Shown here: positions 10,421 to 20,760 of the stretch, in pieces | Position numbering within the stretch: the first letter of the stretch is position 1 | Layout of the letters: every line of letters starts with the position of its first letter | Assembly (NCBI RefSeq): GCF_000582535.1 | Contig: NZ_CP006932.1 | Location: 330,001 to 362,000, forward strand | Length of the DNA stretch: 32,000 nucleotides | From: Candidatus Saccharimonadota bacterium | GTDB taxonomy: Bacteria; Bacillota_I; Bacilli_A; Mycoplasmatales; Hepatoplasmataceae | Direction: 5' to 3' | Position numbers and translations under genes: made by a program | The notes under the pieces: generated by a model | Database searches by the model: none | Seen by the model: the letters and a program-made list of their open reading frames with translations, nothing else | What the model was told of the DNA's origin: nothing

Positions 10421-11482
10421 TTATTTTGAAAAATATTTTTCTTCGATATCTTTTATATCATCTGTAAGTACTATTTTATCCATTCCAGTTAATATTAAAG
10501 AAATTTTTACATTATCCTCTAAAGCTTGGTTATTTGTTACTCCAAATATAATATCTAAATCATGACTTACTTTTTCTAAGATTTTATTAACAATAAATCT
10601 TACATATTCCATTTTTAAAATATTTGGTGATCCAGAAATACTTAAAAGTGCTTTTGTTGCTGTTTTAACATCAGAAGGAATAAAAGTAAGATCAAATAAT
10701 TTATCAATTGCTTCTTCAAATTTTTCTTTATTTTTATCTAACCCGTTTCCATCAATTCCTTTTGCAAAAGCAATATTTATAAATCCTCCACCTGAATCTT
10801 TAACTACTTTTCTAATATCAGCAAGATCAAGATTTATTAAAGCGTCTTCTAATAATAAATTTAAAATTGTAATTATTCCATCGCCTAAGTATTTATCAGC
10901 TTTTACGAATGTATGTTCAACTGTATCTGAAGAATGTTTTTTGAATAAATCATTATTATTTATAACAATAGACAAATCAGCATATTTTTCCATTGTTTTT
11001 AAACCTGTTAATGCATTATCCATTCTTTCTTTTCCCTCGAAAAGAAAAGGTAATGTTGAAACACCAATAGTTAAAATACCAAGATTTTTTGCAAGCCTTG
11101 CAATGTAAGGTCCTGCTCCTGTTCCTGAGCCTCCACCCATTCCTGTTGCAATAAATAAAAGTTTTTTATCAGCTAATCATTTTTCTAATCATTCTCGATC
11201 TTCTGCTGCTGCTTTTCATCCAATATCAGGATTTGATCCAGCTCCAAGACCTCTTGTTAAACGACGACCAATTAATTTACGTTCAAAAAATTTCAATTGG
11301 TCTTTTTTGTTTCCTTTTCTTTGTTTTTCCAATGCTTGAATATCTGTATTTATTGCTAAGAAACTAACATCAAAGGGTGCAAATTTATATGCATTGTTAG
11401 CAATGGCATTTGTTCCACCACCACCTGCACCAATAATTCCTATTTTTATTTTTTTAATTGGTTTTCTACTTTTTTCAGCCAT
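10421..11482 (-). CDS. ftsZ: cell division GTPase FtsZ (353 aa)
   Basis: Fragments 11216..11482 ([20 protein letters not shown]...) and 10421..11140 ([36 protein letters not shown]..., [11 protein letters not shown]) are in one frame. They are joined by [27 protein letters not shown], which contains three TGA=Trp codons. The tubulin signature appears as GGGSGTG. Confidence 0.93.
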
Positions 11483-11651
11483 AAAGTTTATTTACTTCCT
11501 TTTTTTGAATGTCTTTAAATTAAAGATCCTTAAATTTAAAATTAATATTTACTTATAATACAAAAAGAATTATAACAAATAAATAAAATATAAAACTTTT
11601 TTGTGATTTATTTTAAATTTTAAAAATAAACAATAAAAATTACTTTTTTTT

Positions 11652-13490
11652 CTAAATTATCATTAATATTGGAATTACAAGAGCAACAGTTAATACTATT
11701 AATATTGAAACATAAGGATAAATTGCCTTTAAATAATCTTTATATTCAACCCCAGCAGAATCAAGTGAAGTAAGAACAACAGCTTGTGTTGGTGTAACCA
11801 TATTAGCAATTCCTTCTGCAATTACAAACATAAGGACCGTCCCCCCTAATATTTGAACAATTTCTGGATCAATATCATTTTGTCCAGTAATATTAAAAGC
11901 TTGTGCAATTATTGGAAATCAAAGAACAGCAAGTGAACTTGTAGAAGGAATAATCATTGAAAAAACTAAGAAAATAATAAACATTATTAAATAATATAGA
12001 TAAATATTTTCTTGTCCAGGAATTGTATTTGGATTTATAAATGTATAAATAAGTCCAGAATAAATCATAACAATTGAAACTGCACGGGCAATCGCAATTA
12101 TTACAACAAGTCCAATCATTCCTTTCATTCCATCATAAATATATTTTGTTCAATCTTTTACTTTTAATTTATTAACAATTATTAATAAAAATATTCCAAA
12201 AAAGAATAATCCAGCAGTTTCATAAAATCCTCATAATCCAAACGGAACAACAATTGTCGAAAATACAAATAAAAAACTTGAAAAGAAATTATTTCAATTT
12301 TCAACATATGTTTCTTCATCTAATCCCAGAAGATCGACCCAAGGCATAAAACCTATAATCATTATCAAAATTACAAAGGCAAAAATAATTAAAGAATAAA
12401 ATTGTTTATGCGTCATTTTTTTAAAATCTTTTAAATCAGTAGATAGATTCTGTTCAATTTTTTTAAGTTCTTCATTATGAATATCTTCTTCAATTTTTTC
12501 AGGAACTTTTTTTGTTTTATAAGCAAAAAAAGTAACAAAAGAAGCTCCTATTGCTGTAATTAAGAATCAATATACTAATCTAAAAAAGAATAATGTTCCT
12601 GTAGAAATTCCTGCTGCATCAGAAGCAATTCCTGTTGCAAAAGGATTAATTACTGAAGCTGCCATTCCTGTTGTATTACCAACCATCATAACCATTACTG
12701 CAATAATAGGTTCAAATCCGATTAAAATCATCATCGGAGTAACAATTGAATAATAAGCAAGTGATTCTTCTTGCATTCCTCATATTGTTCCAAATGCAGA
12801 AAATGTAATAAATAAAATTGGAACAATATAAATTTGTTTTGATTTTAATTTAAATAAAAGAGAACCAATTAAAGCATCAAAAGTTTTTGTTTGAATAATG
12901 ATTTCAATAAAAGCACCTAAAGCAAATAGATAAATCATTATTGGAAATGCTTGAATAAATCCTGCTACAATCAAAAGAAAAATATCATATAAACCATAAA
13001 ATCCATTTTGTGGTGCAACTGCAGAAAAACTATCACTATCAGCAATAATCTGATCTAATGTATCTTGATAACCATTATCTATTAAAAATTGATTAATATT
13101 AAAATCAGGAGGTAGTAAATTATTTATAAAATCATTTATTGTACTAGAATCAATAAAGTAATTTTGAAAAATATAGATATTTTCTTCTTGATATTCTCAT
13201 CAAGAATCATGAGGGACAACTCAAGTTAAAAAAATAAAAAAGAGAAGTAAAGTAAGAACAATTAAAATTGAATGTAATTTAAATTTACCTTTCTTCTTTT
13301 TCCCCTCTTTATTATCTTTTTCTTTTTGGTCTAGATAATAAATTTTATTATCAGATTTATTTTTATCAGTAAGTATTTTATTATTAGTATTAATTTGCGA
13401 GTTTATTTCTTCTTGTTCTTTTTCTTTTGAATTTAAAAAAGGACTATCTGAAAATAAATTATTATTCTCAGAAAAAGAATTGTTAAGCAT
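11652..13490 (-). CDS. polytopic transporter-like membrane protein, YfcC/DcuC-like (612 aa) with a low-complexity N-terminal extension
   Basis: Four track fragments (11919.., 12567.., 12780.., 13221..) share one frame and are joined only by TGA. Stop is TAG 11652-11654. There are at least 10 hydrophobic helices. The block IGFEPIIAVMVMMVGNTTGMAASVINPFATGIASDAAGIS resembles the YfcC-type basic amino acid/C4-dicarboxylate carrier family; this is motif memory only. The first ~65 aa are N/K/E-rich. Confidence 0.55.
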
Positions 13491-13514
13491 TTTTTTTAAA
13501 AGAATATAAAATTT

Positions 13515-13826
13515 TTATCCTTTTTCTTCACCACCTTCTGATATCGGAATCACATTAACAGTTAATTTTCCATTTTTTTTATAATATTTTACAATCCCAT
13601 TTAAAGTTGCAAATAAAGTATCATCTTTTCCTCTTTTTACATTTAAACCTGGATGAATTTTTGTTCCCCGTTGACGATAAATAATTGCTCCACTTTTAGC
13701 AATTTGCCCATCAGCAAGTTTTTGTCCTAATCTTTTGCTATGAGAATCTCTTCCATTTTTTGAAGAACCTGCACCTTTTTTATGTGCAAAAAATTGTAAA
13801 TCCAACTTATATCTTAATTTAAACAT
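13515..13826 (-). CDS. rpmA: ribosomal protein L27 with N-terminal propeptide
   Basis: [36 protein letters not shown]... This shows the LQFFA|HKKG Prp-cleavage motif followed by the canonical L27 core. Confidence 0.95.
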   Translation of the reverse strand: MFKLRYKLDLQFFAHKKGAGSSKNGRDSHSKRLGQKLADGQIAKSGAIIYRQRGTKIHPGLNVKRGKDDTLFATLNGIVKYYKKNGKLTVNVIPISEGGEEKG

Positions 13827-13834
13827 TTTCTCTC

Positions 13835-14152
13835 CTATCCTATTTTTATTTTTATATTATCGTAATTATCTTCTTGAAGGGTACTAAGAGAATAATATAA
13901 TCCTTTTAGTAAAATTTGATTTTGTATTGTTATCTTTAAAATATTTATTTCAATTAAATTATCTTTAATTAAAATCTGACAATTATTATGATCTAAATTG
14001 TCCAAACTGTTTACGGTTCCAAATATTATTGCAGAACATCCTGCACAAATTAATTTATTTTTTAAATCATCTTTGTTTAAATCAGCATGTCCTTTTATTT
14101 TAAATTTAATAAACTCTTGTTGTTTATTTTTATAAAAATTTATAAAAATCAT
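13835..14152 (-). CDS. prp: ribosomal-processing cysteine protease Prp (YsxB/DUF464)
   Basis: A 105-aa ORF sits between rplU and rpmA. The His/Cys dyad context is KGHADL...[12 protein letters not shown], and the operon position is the canonical one. Confidence 0.85.
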   Translation of the reverse strand: MIFINFYKNKQQEFIKFKIKGHADLNKDDLKNKLICAGCSAIIFGTVNSLDNLDHNNCQILIKDNLIEINILKITIQNQILLKGLYYSLSTLQEDNYDNIKIKIG

Positions 14153-14153
14153 C

Positions 14154-14639
14154 TTATTTTTGATCTTTTTGCTTTTGATCTATATCATTAGTTTTTATTT
14201 TATCTGCTTTTTTAAGATCAGATTGATCAATTTTTTTCTCAATTAATTTTTGATTAGTAGTAATTTCTTTTATTTTATTTTTCTTATCATCATTATTATC
14301 AATATATTTATCAATTACTTGATCTTTATAAATAATTTCTTCGACCAAAAGTCTTGTATAAGGTTGCCTATGACCCTGTTTCCGTTTTCAGTTTGATTTT
14401 TGCTTAGTACGAAAAATAATAAGTTTTTTATTTTTCCCTTGTTTTTGTATTCGAGCTTTTATTTTAGCATCAATTTTAGGTGTTCCTGCGATTAGATTTT
14501 GTCCATCATAAATTGCAAGGACATTTGTAAAGATATATTCGCTTCCAATTTCTGAATTTAATTTTTCTACTCAGATAGCAGAACCAACATTAACTTTAAT
14601 TTGTTTTCCACCCGATTTTATAATCGCGTATTTTAACAT
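14154..14639 (-). CDS. rplU: ribosomal protein L21 with a ~55-aa K/D/Q-rich C-terminal tail (161 aa)
   Basis: ATG 14639..14637 begins MLKYAIIKSGGKQIKVNVGSAIWVEKLNSEIGSEYIFTNVLAIYDG...KQKSNWKRKQGHRQPYTRLLVEEIIYK, the full L21 core with TGA=Trp. The frame then stays open for DQVIDKYIDNNDDKKNKIKE...DQKQKDQK to the stop at 14154. Confidence 0.9.
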
Positions 14640-14720
14640 TTCTCTTTCCTCCAAAGACTCACCCTTTTTGGTAGTTTATAACTTTTAAAACCTAAAGGAG
14701 TGGTTGTTGTAAGATAATTT
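14640..14720 (-). promoter_or_regulatory. possible structured 5' leader of the rplU-prp-rpmA operon (L21-leader-like)
   Basis: This is a locally GC-enriched stretch immediately upstream of rplU. On the minus-strand RNA, CACUCCUUU can pair with AAAAGGGUG (8 of 9 pairs, including a G-U) across a ~25-nt loop, just 5' of the GGAGG Shine-Dalgarno. Ribosomal-protein leaders are known at this operon in Firmicutes. No covariance model was run. Confidence 0.25.
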
Positions 14721-14799
14721 AAATTTAAATAGTAGTAATAATTTTAAATTTTCTCTAATTAAAATTTTATCTTAATTCACTCATTAAAAATAATTATTT

Positions 14800-15315
14800 T
14801 TAATTTTTAACTGAGATAATTTTTATTTCATAATTTCCAATAGGTGTAATTACTGTAACAACATCACCTTTTTTATGATTTAATAATGATTTAGCAAAAG
14901 GAGAATCATTTCCTATTTGTGGAAGGTTTAAAAGTGAATTTGCTTCAATTGAACCAACTATTTGCACTTTTCTGTTTCCTCTTTCACCTTTTTTTTGATA
15001 TTCAACAATTGATCCCAATTGAATATTATTACTTTTTTTAATATCAACTATTTTTACTTTTGATAAGATATCTTCAAGCTCAAAAATTTCAGATTCAATT
15101 TTAGCTTGTTTATTTTTAGCAGTATCATAATCAGCATTTTCACTTAAATCTCCTTGCTCTCTTGCTGCTTTTAATTCTTTTAAAATTTGTGGACGAATTA
15201 TATTTACTAATTCTTTAAGTCTATTTTTCTTATCTTCATATCCCGATTTTGTTAACAGAATTTTTTCTCCTGTCATATCTTTTCCGACATTTAAATCTTC
15301 TCTCTTTTTATTCAT
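14800..15315 (-). CDS. greA: transcription elongation factor GreA
   Basis: LTKSGYEDKKNRLKELVNIIRPQILKELKAAREQGDLSENADYDTAKNKQAKIESEIFELEDIL plus the C-terminal VTVITPIGNYEIKIISV. These are canonical GreA blocks. Confidence 0.95.
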   Translation of the reverse strand: MNKKREDLNVGKDMTGEKILLTKSGYEDKKNRLKELVNIIRPQILKELKAAREQGDLSENADYDTAKNKQAKIESEIFELEDILSKVKIVDIKKSNNIQLGSIVEYQKKGERGNRKVQIVGSIEANSLLNLPQIGNDSPFAKSLLNHKKGDVVTVITPIGNYEIKIISVKN

Positions 15316-15413
15316 AATTTTCCTTAATCAATAAATAATAACAATTTTAAATAAATATTAAAATAATATTTAATATATAAACATATAAATAATACCACTA
15401 TTTAATTAAAATT

Positions 15414-15452
15414 AATATATTCAATTTAATAAATTATTAAATTGAATATATT
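15414..15452 (-). terminator. AT-rich hairpin overlapping the udk stop codon (weak terminator candidate)
   Basis: Perfect 15-bp inverted repeat aatatattcaattta / taaattgaatatatt with a 9-nt loop. The stem is almost entirely A-T, and T-rich sequence follows on both strands. Confidence 0.3.
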
Positions 15453-16082
15453 TTGTGCTTTTTTTGTAATATTTGTTTTTTTATCATCATTATTTTCAAT
15501 AATATAATCTGCTTTTTTGCTATCTTTTTCAATATATTTTTTAAACATTGGATTAATTTGTTCTTCTCATCTTAAAATAAAATCATTACAATCAAATGAA
15601 TTTTTATTACGATAATCACGATCTCTTTTATATCTTCGAATAAGTCTTAAATCACCATCTGCTTCAATATAAAATTTTTTAAAAGCATTCTTTATTAATT
15701 TCTCATTAAATAAAGCAAATATTCCTTCAATGATTATATATTCTGTTGGTTCGATTATAAATGTTTTATCTAAATCATAATCACAACTTACAAAATTATA
15801 TATTTTCCTTTCAATCTTTTTGTTTGCAAATAATTTATTTAAATCACTATTTAATTCTTTTCAATTTATTGTATTTGGATCATCAAAATTAATCTCTCGA
15901 AGATTTTTTATATTAAAAATCTTTTTAATTTCTTCTGCTCCGTAATAATAATTATCAATTGAAAAAAATGAAACGCTATGTTCTTTTTTTAAAAAAATAT
16001 TAGCAAGTTCAATTGAAATCTTGCTTTTGCCAGAAGCTGTTCCTCCTGATATCAAAATAATTTTACTTTTCATTTTTATCAT
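15426..16082 (-). CDS. udk: uridine kinase (218 aa)
   Basis: P-loop ILISGGTASGKSKISIELANIF. After TGA 15861-15863 the frame continues WKELNSDLNKL...IIIEGIFALFNEKL...RLIRRYKRDRDYR to TAA 15426-15428. Confidence 0.85.
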
Positions 16083-16413
16083 TATTTAATTTTTTAATTA
16101 ATAATTCAATAAGTTCATTTTTATCATTTTTATCATTAAAATTTATATCTAAATTGATTAAGGCTTTTCTTAATTCTTCAATTGATAGTAAATTAAAATA
16201 ATTAAAATAATCTTGATCATTTTTAAAATCAATATTTGCTTCTTGATTTATAATACTATTTTTTGCTTTTTTTAAATCATTTTTTAAAAAATTATTATTC
16301 TTGAGATATTTTTTTTTAATATAATGAATTCTAACATTTACAATTATTAAAATTAAAACAGAAATTATCGAAACAATTATTAAAGATAATGTAAGAGCTT
16401 CTGCTGTTGTCAT
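16063..16413 (-). CDS. small membrane-anchored protein with a SAP/HeH-like helix-extended-helix motif (116 aa)
   Basis: N-terminal TM helix (ALTLSLIIVSIISVLILIIV). The C-terminal LSIEELRKALINLDINFNDKNDKNELIELLIKKL resembles SAP/Rho-N type motifs. It overlaps the udk start by 20 nt. Confidence 0.55.
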   Translation of the reverse strand: MTTAEALTLSLIIVSIISVLILIIVNVRIHYIKKKYLKNNNFLKNDLKKAKNSIINQEANIDFKNDQDYFNYFNLLSIEELRKALINLDINFNDKNDKNELIELLIKKLNNDKNEK

Positions 16414-16422
16414 TTTTTAAAT

Positions 16423-16836
16423 TTAAACTTTCTGTAAATAATCTGTAAGCATAACATAAGCAGCAAATAAATCTTTATTTTTCTTATAATCTATTTTCTT
16501 ATTTTTAATAATTTCTTCTGCTCTTTTAGTTGTAAATCTTTCATCAAACAAAAAAATTTTAATATCTTGATTAATTTTTGCTTTAAGATATTTTAAGAAA
16601 ATTTCAACATATTCTGTTGCCTTTGTTTTTGTTCCATTTGTTTTAAGGGGATAACCAATAATTAATGTATCTAAGTCCTTATATTTCTCTAGTAAATCTA
16701 AAATTATTAAAGAAGCTTCTTCAAAATTAAATCTTTCAAAAAAATAATTTTTTAAAGGAATTGCAATAATATTATTCTTATCACTAATACAAACGCCGAG
16801 ACTTTTTTCTCCAACATCAATCGCTAATTTACGCAT
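16423..16836 (-). CDS. ruvX: putative pre-16S rRNA nuclease / Holliday-junction-resolvase-like YqgF (RuvX)
   Basis: [28 protein letters not shown]...LIIGYPLKTNGTKTKATEYVEIF...DERFTTKRAEE. It sits directly downstream of alaS, as in Firmicutes. Confidence 0.85.
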   Translation of the reverse strand: MRKLAIDVGEKSLGVCISDKNNIIAIPLKNYFFERFNFEEASLIILDLLEKYKDLDTLIIGYPLKTNGTKTKATEYVEIFLKYLKAKINQDIKIFLFDERFTTKRAEEIIKNKKIDYKKNKDLFAAYVMLTDYLQKV

Positions 16837-19528
16837 TTTCTTTTTCCTCGATAAATTTTTTAATGATTTCTTTTATTTTTATTAAATTAATAACTCTTCC
16901 ACCAAAAATATATAGTTGATTTTTCCCTCCCCCTTGTAAACCATTTTTTTTCAAAATTTCAATAAAATGATCAATTTCATTTATAAATAAATTATTTTTC
17001 CCTAAAATGATAAATAATGTATATTTATCATCTTTAAACAAAGCAAGAAATAATGTTTTATTTTGATAATTTTTAATTACTTGAAGAGAAATTGCAATTA
17101 AATCTTTTTGTAAAAAATTTTCTAAATCATAATAAATTAAATTTTTATTTTGCTCTAATATCTTTTCTAATTTGCTTTTTAATTTTTCGTTTTTTAAATT
17201 ATTGATAAAATCAAAAATATCTTTACTTTTTATAATTATATTATTTAATTTAAATTTAAAATTATCATCACTTAAATTTAAATTTAAAATTTCTTGTTTA
17301 ATATTATTTAAATCAATTAATTTTTCTGATGAAATAACTTTCTTATTTTCATAAATTAATTGATCAATTTTTTTTATTAAATTATTCCCTTTTTTATTTA
17401 ATAATTCAATATTTTGTGAAATTAAATATTTTTTGATTTCTTCTTTTCCACTTATCGCAATTAATCGATAAACTCCTGAACCTTTTTTTTCTAATTTTAC
17501 AATTTTAATTTCCTCAATTATCTTGATATTATCAACATGTGTTCCTCCACAAAGATCAATAGTTTTTTCATTTAATTTAACAACACGAACAAAATCCTTA
17601 TAATTTTTTGTTTCAAGATAACCTGGATTTAATTTTAAAGCATCTTCTAATTTAAGAATTTTAATTTCCGATTTAAATCCTTTTCTAATTCAATCATTTA
17701 CAATTTTTTCTGCTTTTTTTAAATCCTCTCATAGAAGATTTTTACTATAAGCAAAATCAAATCTTAAATAAGAAGAATCTACTTTAGATCCCTCTTGTTT
17801 TAAAGTTTGATTAAGTGTAATTTCTAAAGCTTTAAATAATAAATGTGTAGCAGAATGATTTTTTGTTAATTTTTCTCTACGATCAAGATCAATTTTTAAT
17901 GATACTTCTTGTCCTATTTTAAAAGGATTTTCCTCTAGCAAATGAATAAATAGATCATTTTCTGTTTTAAATACAGTAAGAACATTTATATTATCAATTG
18001 TTCCTAAATCAGATTCTTGTCCTCCAGAAGTTGCATAAAAAATTGTTTTATCACAAACTAAATAATTATCTTTAATTGCAATTACTTTTGCTTTTATTAT
18101 TTTTTGATAATCTTTATAACCTAAAAATTCTGTATTTTTAAAGTTAGGAAATAATTTTTTTTGTATTTTCATCCCTTTTGTAAAATTAGTATTTTGTTTA
18201 GATTTTAATTTAAATTGATCATTTAAATATGCTAATCTTTTATAATCGACTTCTATCTGATATTTTTTTGCAATTTTTTTAAGATAACTTAAATTTAAAG
18301 GTAATCCATATGTTTCATGTAATTTAAATAAATGATCTGTATCTAATTTATTTAATTCTTTATATTCAAAAAGAATTTTAAGAGCTTGTGTATATGTTTT
18401 ATTAAATTTATCTGCTTCATCAAAAATTAAATTTAAAATTTTTTCTTGATTTAATAATAAATGAGGATAAGCTTGCTTTTCATTTTGACAAATTATAGGA
18501 ATTAAATTTGTAAAAAAATCATAATTAATTTCTAATTGCTCCGCAATAATTATTGATTCTCTTAATAATCTTCTAATAACATATCCTCTGCCTGTAGAAC
18601 TAAAATTAGCTTGATCAGCTAACATAAAAGTAATTGATCTAGTAAAATCTGCAATTTTTTTAAATTCACTATTAATTTCTCATTGTTTTTTATTTTCTTT
18701 TAATAATTTTGTAGGATGATAATTCCATAAATATTTATAAGTTGATAATTTTTCTAATTCTTTAATTATTGGTTTAAAAATATCTGATTCAAAATTGGTT
18801 GGTGTTTTTTGAAATATCATTGCTAATCTTTCAAGTCCTGCACCTGTATCAATATTTTTCTGTGGTAATTCTTTATAATTATTATTTCCATCATTATTAA
18901 ATTCAGAAAAGACAATATTTCAAATTTCAATAAATCTATCATTTTCAATATCTCTTTCAATTAATGTTTTAGCATCTCGTTTATCAAAATTTATTCCTCG
19001 ATCATAAAAAATTTCTGTAGATGGACCACAAGGTCCCTTTCCGATATCTCAAAAATTAGTATCTCGACCCATTTTAAAAATATGATTTTTTGCAATGCTT
19101 TTTTTAATTCAAAAATTATATGCTTCATTATCATCTTCAAATACTGTAATATAAATTTTTTCTTTCGAAAAAGCAAAATATTTTTCTGAAAAAAGCAACT
19201 CATAAGCATAATCAATTGCTTCTTTTTTAAAATAATCACCAATTGAAAAATTACCAAGCATTTCAAAAAATGTTTGATGTCTTGCGGTAATTCCAATTTT
19301 ATCAATATCGCCTGTTCTAATTGAACGCTGATAATTAACAAGACGTTTGCTTGGTGGTTTTTTTTCTGCACTAAAATATTTTTTTAAAGTTGCAATTCCT
19401 GAATTTATTCATAAAAGTGAATTATCATTTTTTGGAATTAAAGAAGAAGAAGGAATTAATAAGTGATTTTTTTCTGTAAAAAAATCAATTCATAATTTTC
19501 TTATCTGATTTGAATTTAATTTTTTCAT
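16829..19528 (-). CDS. alaS: alanyl-tRNA synthetase (about 899 aa); the reading frame needs two compensating 1-nt corrections near 19441 and 19380
   Basis: [29 protein letters not shown]..., [21 protein letters not shown], the editing-domain motifs [13 protein letters not shown] and CGGTHV, and a C-terminal GGGK. Fragments 16829.. and 17729.. share the frame of the ATG. Codons about 30-49 lie in a frame displaced by 1 nt (see findings). Confidence 0.85.
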
Positions 19529-19664
19529 ACTAAAAAAATTATATCTTTTACAAATAGATTTATTAATTAAATTATGATTATTTTAGATTTTTTAAAATAA
19601 ATATTTCTAGGAAACAAAAAAAATATAATCACAAGAATAAATAATGTAATAGTAAAATATTATT

Positions 19665-20702
19665 TTAAATAGTTTTTTTACTTTTAGATAAGATTAATCC
19701 AACACTTCCTAAAAATAAAATATAAAAATAAGGAATTATAATATAAGCAGATCATAATAGACATTTGAAACTAAACATTTGATACTTAAATAAAACTCAT
19801 GTACTAGGATTATTTATATCAATTATAATTTGATCATTAGGAAGATTTATTCCTGGAAGAGTAATAGTTACATAACGAAAAGTATCATAAAGCATATCAA
19901 ATTGTCCTCATTTTGTAATTCAATAATAAGGATTTATCATCTGCATAAAATTACGAAATGTAAATGTATTAAAATATCTTTTTTCAATTGAAATATTTCG
20001 ATCAAAATAAGGTTTAAAAGTAATAATTTGACTTTCTTGATTATAGCTATATAAAATATCATTTGGATTACTACTTGGAGTTGGATTGAAAAAAATATCA
20101 ACTTCTAGTGTTCCTGAAAACATAATAAAAATAATAAATAAAAATATTGAAATTAAAATAAAATTAGCAAAATTTTTACTTAAATTTTGAATTAAAAAAG
20201 CAAGAACAAAAGTAATTAAGAAAATAATAATAAGATAGTAGATAAAAATTCCTCATCGATAATCAGTAATATTTCTTATTTGATAATGATGATCAGGAGA
20301 GTTTCAACTAGAAATTGCCATCAAATCTAATTGCATAAAAATAAAAGTAATAAATAATGTAACTAAAAAAGTAGCAAATGCTACAATTATTAAATTTAAA
20401 AATATCGGAAGATATATATATAATTTATTATTAACTTTTTGTTTTACTAATATATAAAAATGAGACCTACGAAAATTAAAAAAAAGCATTCCATAAAAGA
20501 TAAATACATTAAATACAATTGTAAATGCAAATACACTATCAATTACTAAATAAGAGGGAAAGCTTGTATAAAAAGCAATTGTAAATATAAGAGGAACAAA
20601 TAATATTAATATATAAAATCAAAATGACAAAATCATTTTTCTAAAATATAGAACTGTAAGATTTATTCAATTTATATTTCTATAAATTTTAAAAATTTTC
20701 AT
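19665..20702 (-). CDS. paralogous 6-TM membrane protein, copy 1 (345 aa)
   Basis: I translated the full length under code 4. MKIFKIYRNINWINLTVLYF...FNFRRSHFY...DYRWGIFIYY...SNPNDILYSYNQESQIITFKPYF...FTFRNFMQMINPYYWITKWGQFD...LPGINLPN...NPSTWVLFKYQMFSFKCLLWSAY... ending at TAA 19665-19667. All internal stops are TGA. Confidence 0.85.
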
Positions 20703-20760
20703 TTTTTCAAATTATAAAAAAATTATATTAAACATAATTATCATATAATACTTCTAATTA

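Noticed and set aside
17172-17354. Plus-strand ORF 17172..17354, and likewise minus-strand ORF 30130..30375
   Set aside because: They are antisense to alaS and nagA respectively, both of which are motif-supported. They are low-complexity mirror frames.
18991-19371. The 126-aa minus-strand ORF ([12 protein letters not shown]...) as a gene
   Set aside because: It is an out-of-frame reading inside alaS. The adjacent frame encodes the conserved [21 protein letters not shown]...[14 protein letters not shown] sequence. The ORF is open only because the frame happens to lack stops.
19529-19664. T-box riboswitch leaders upstream of alaS (and of leuS, 29465-29607)
   Set aside because: The leaders are short (136 and 143 nt), almost pure A/T, and lack anything like the GC-containing T-box consensus or a terminator/antiterminator pair.
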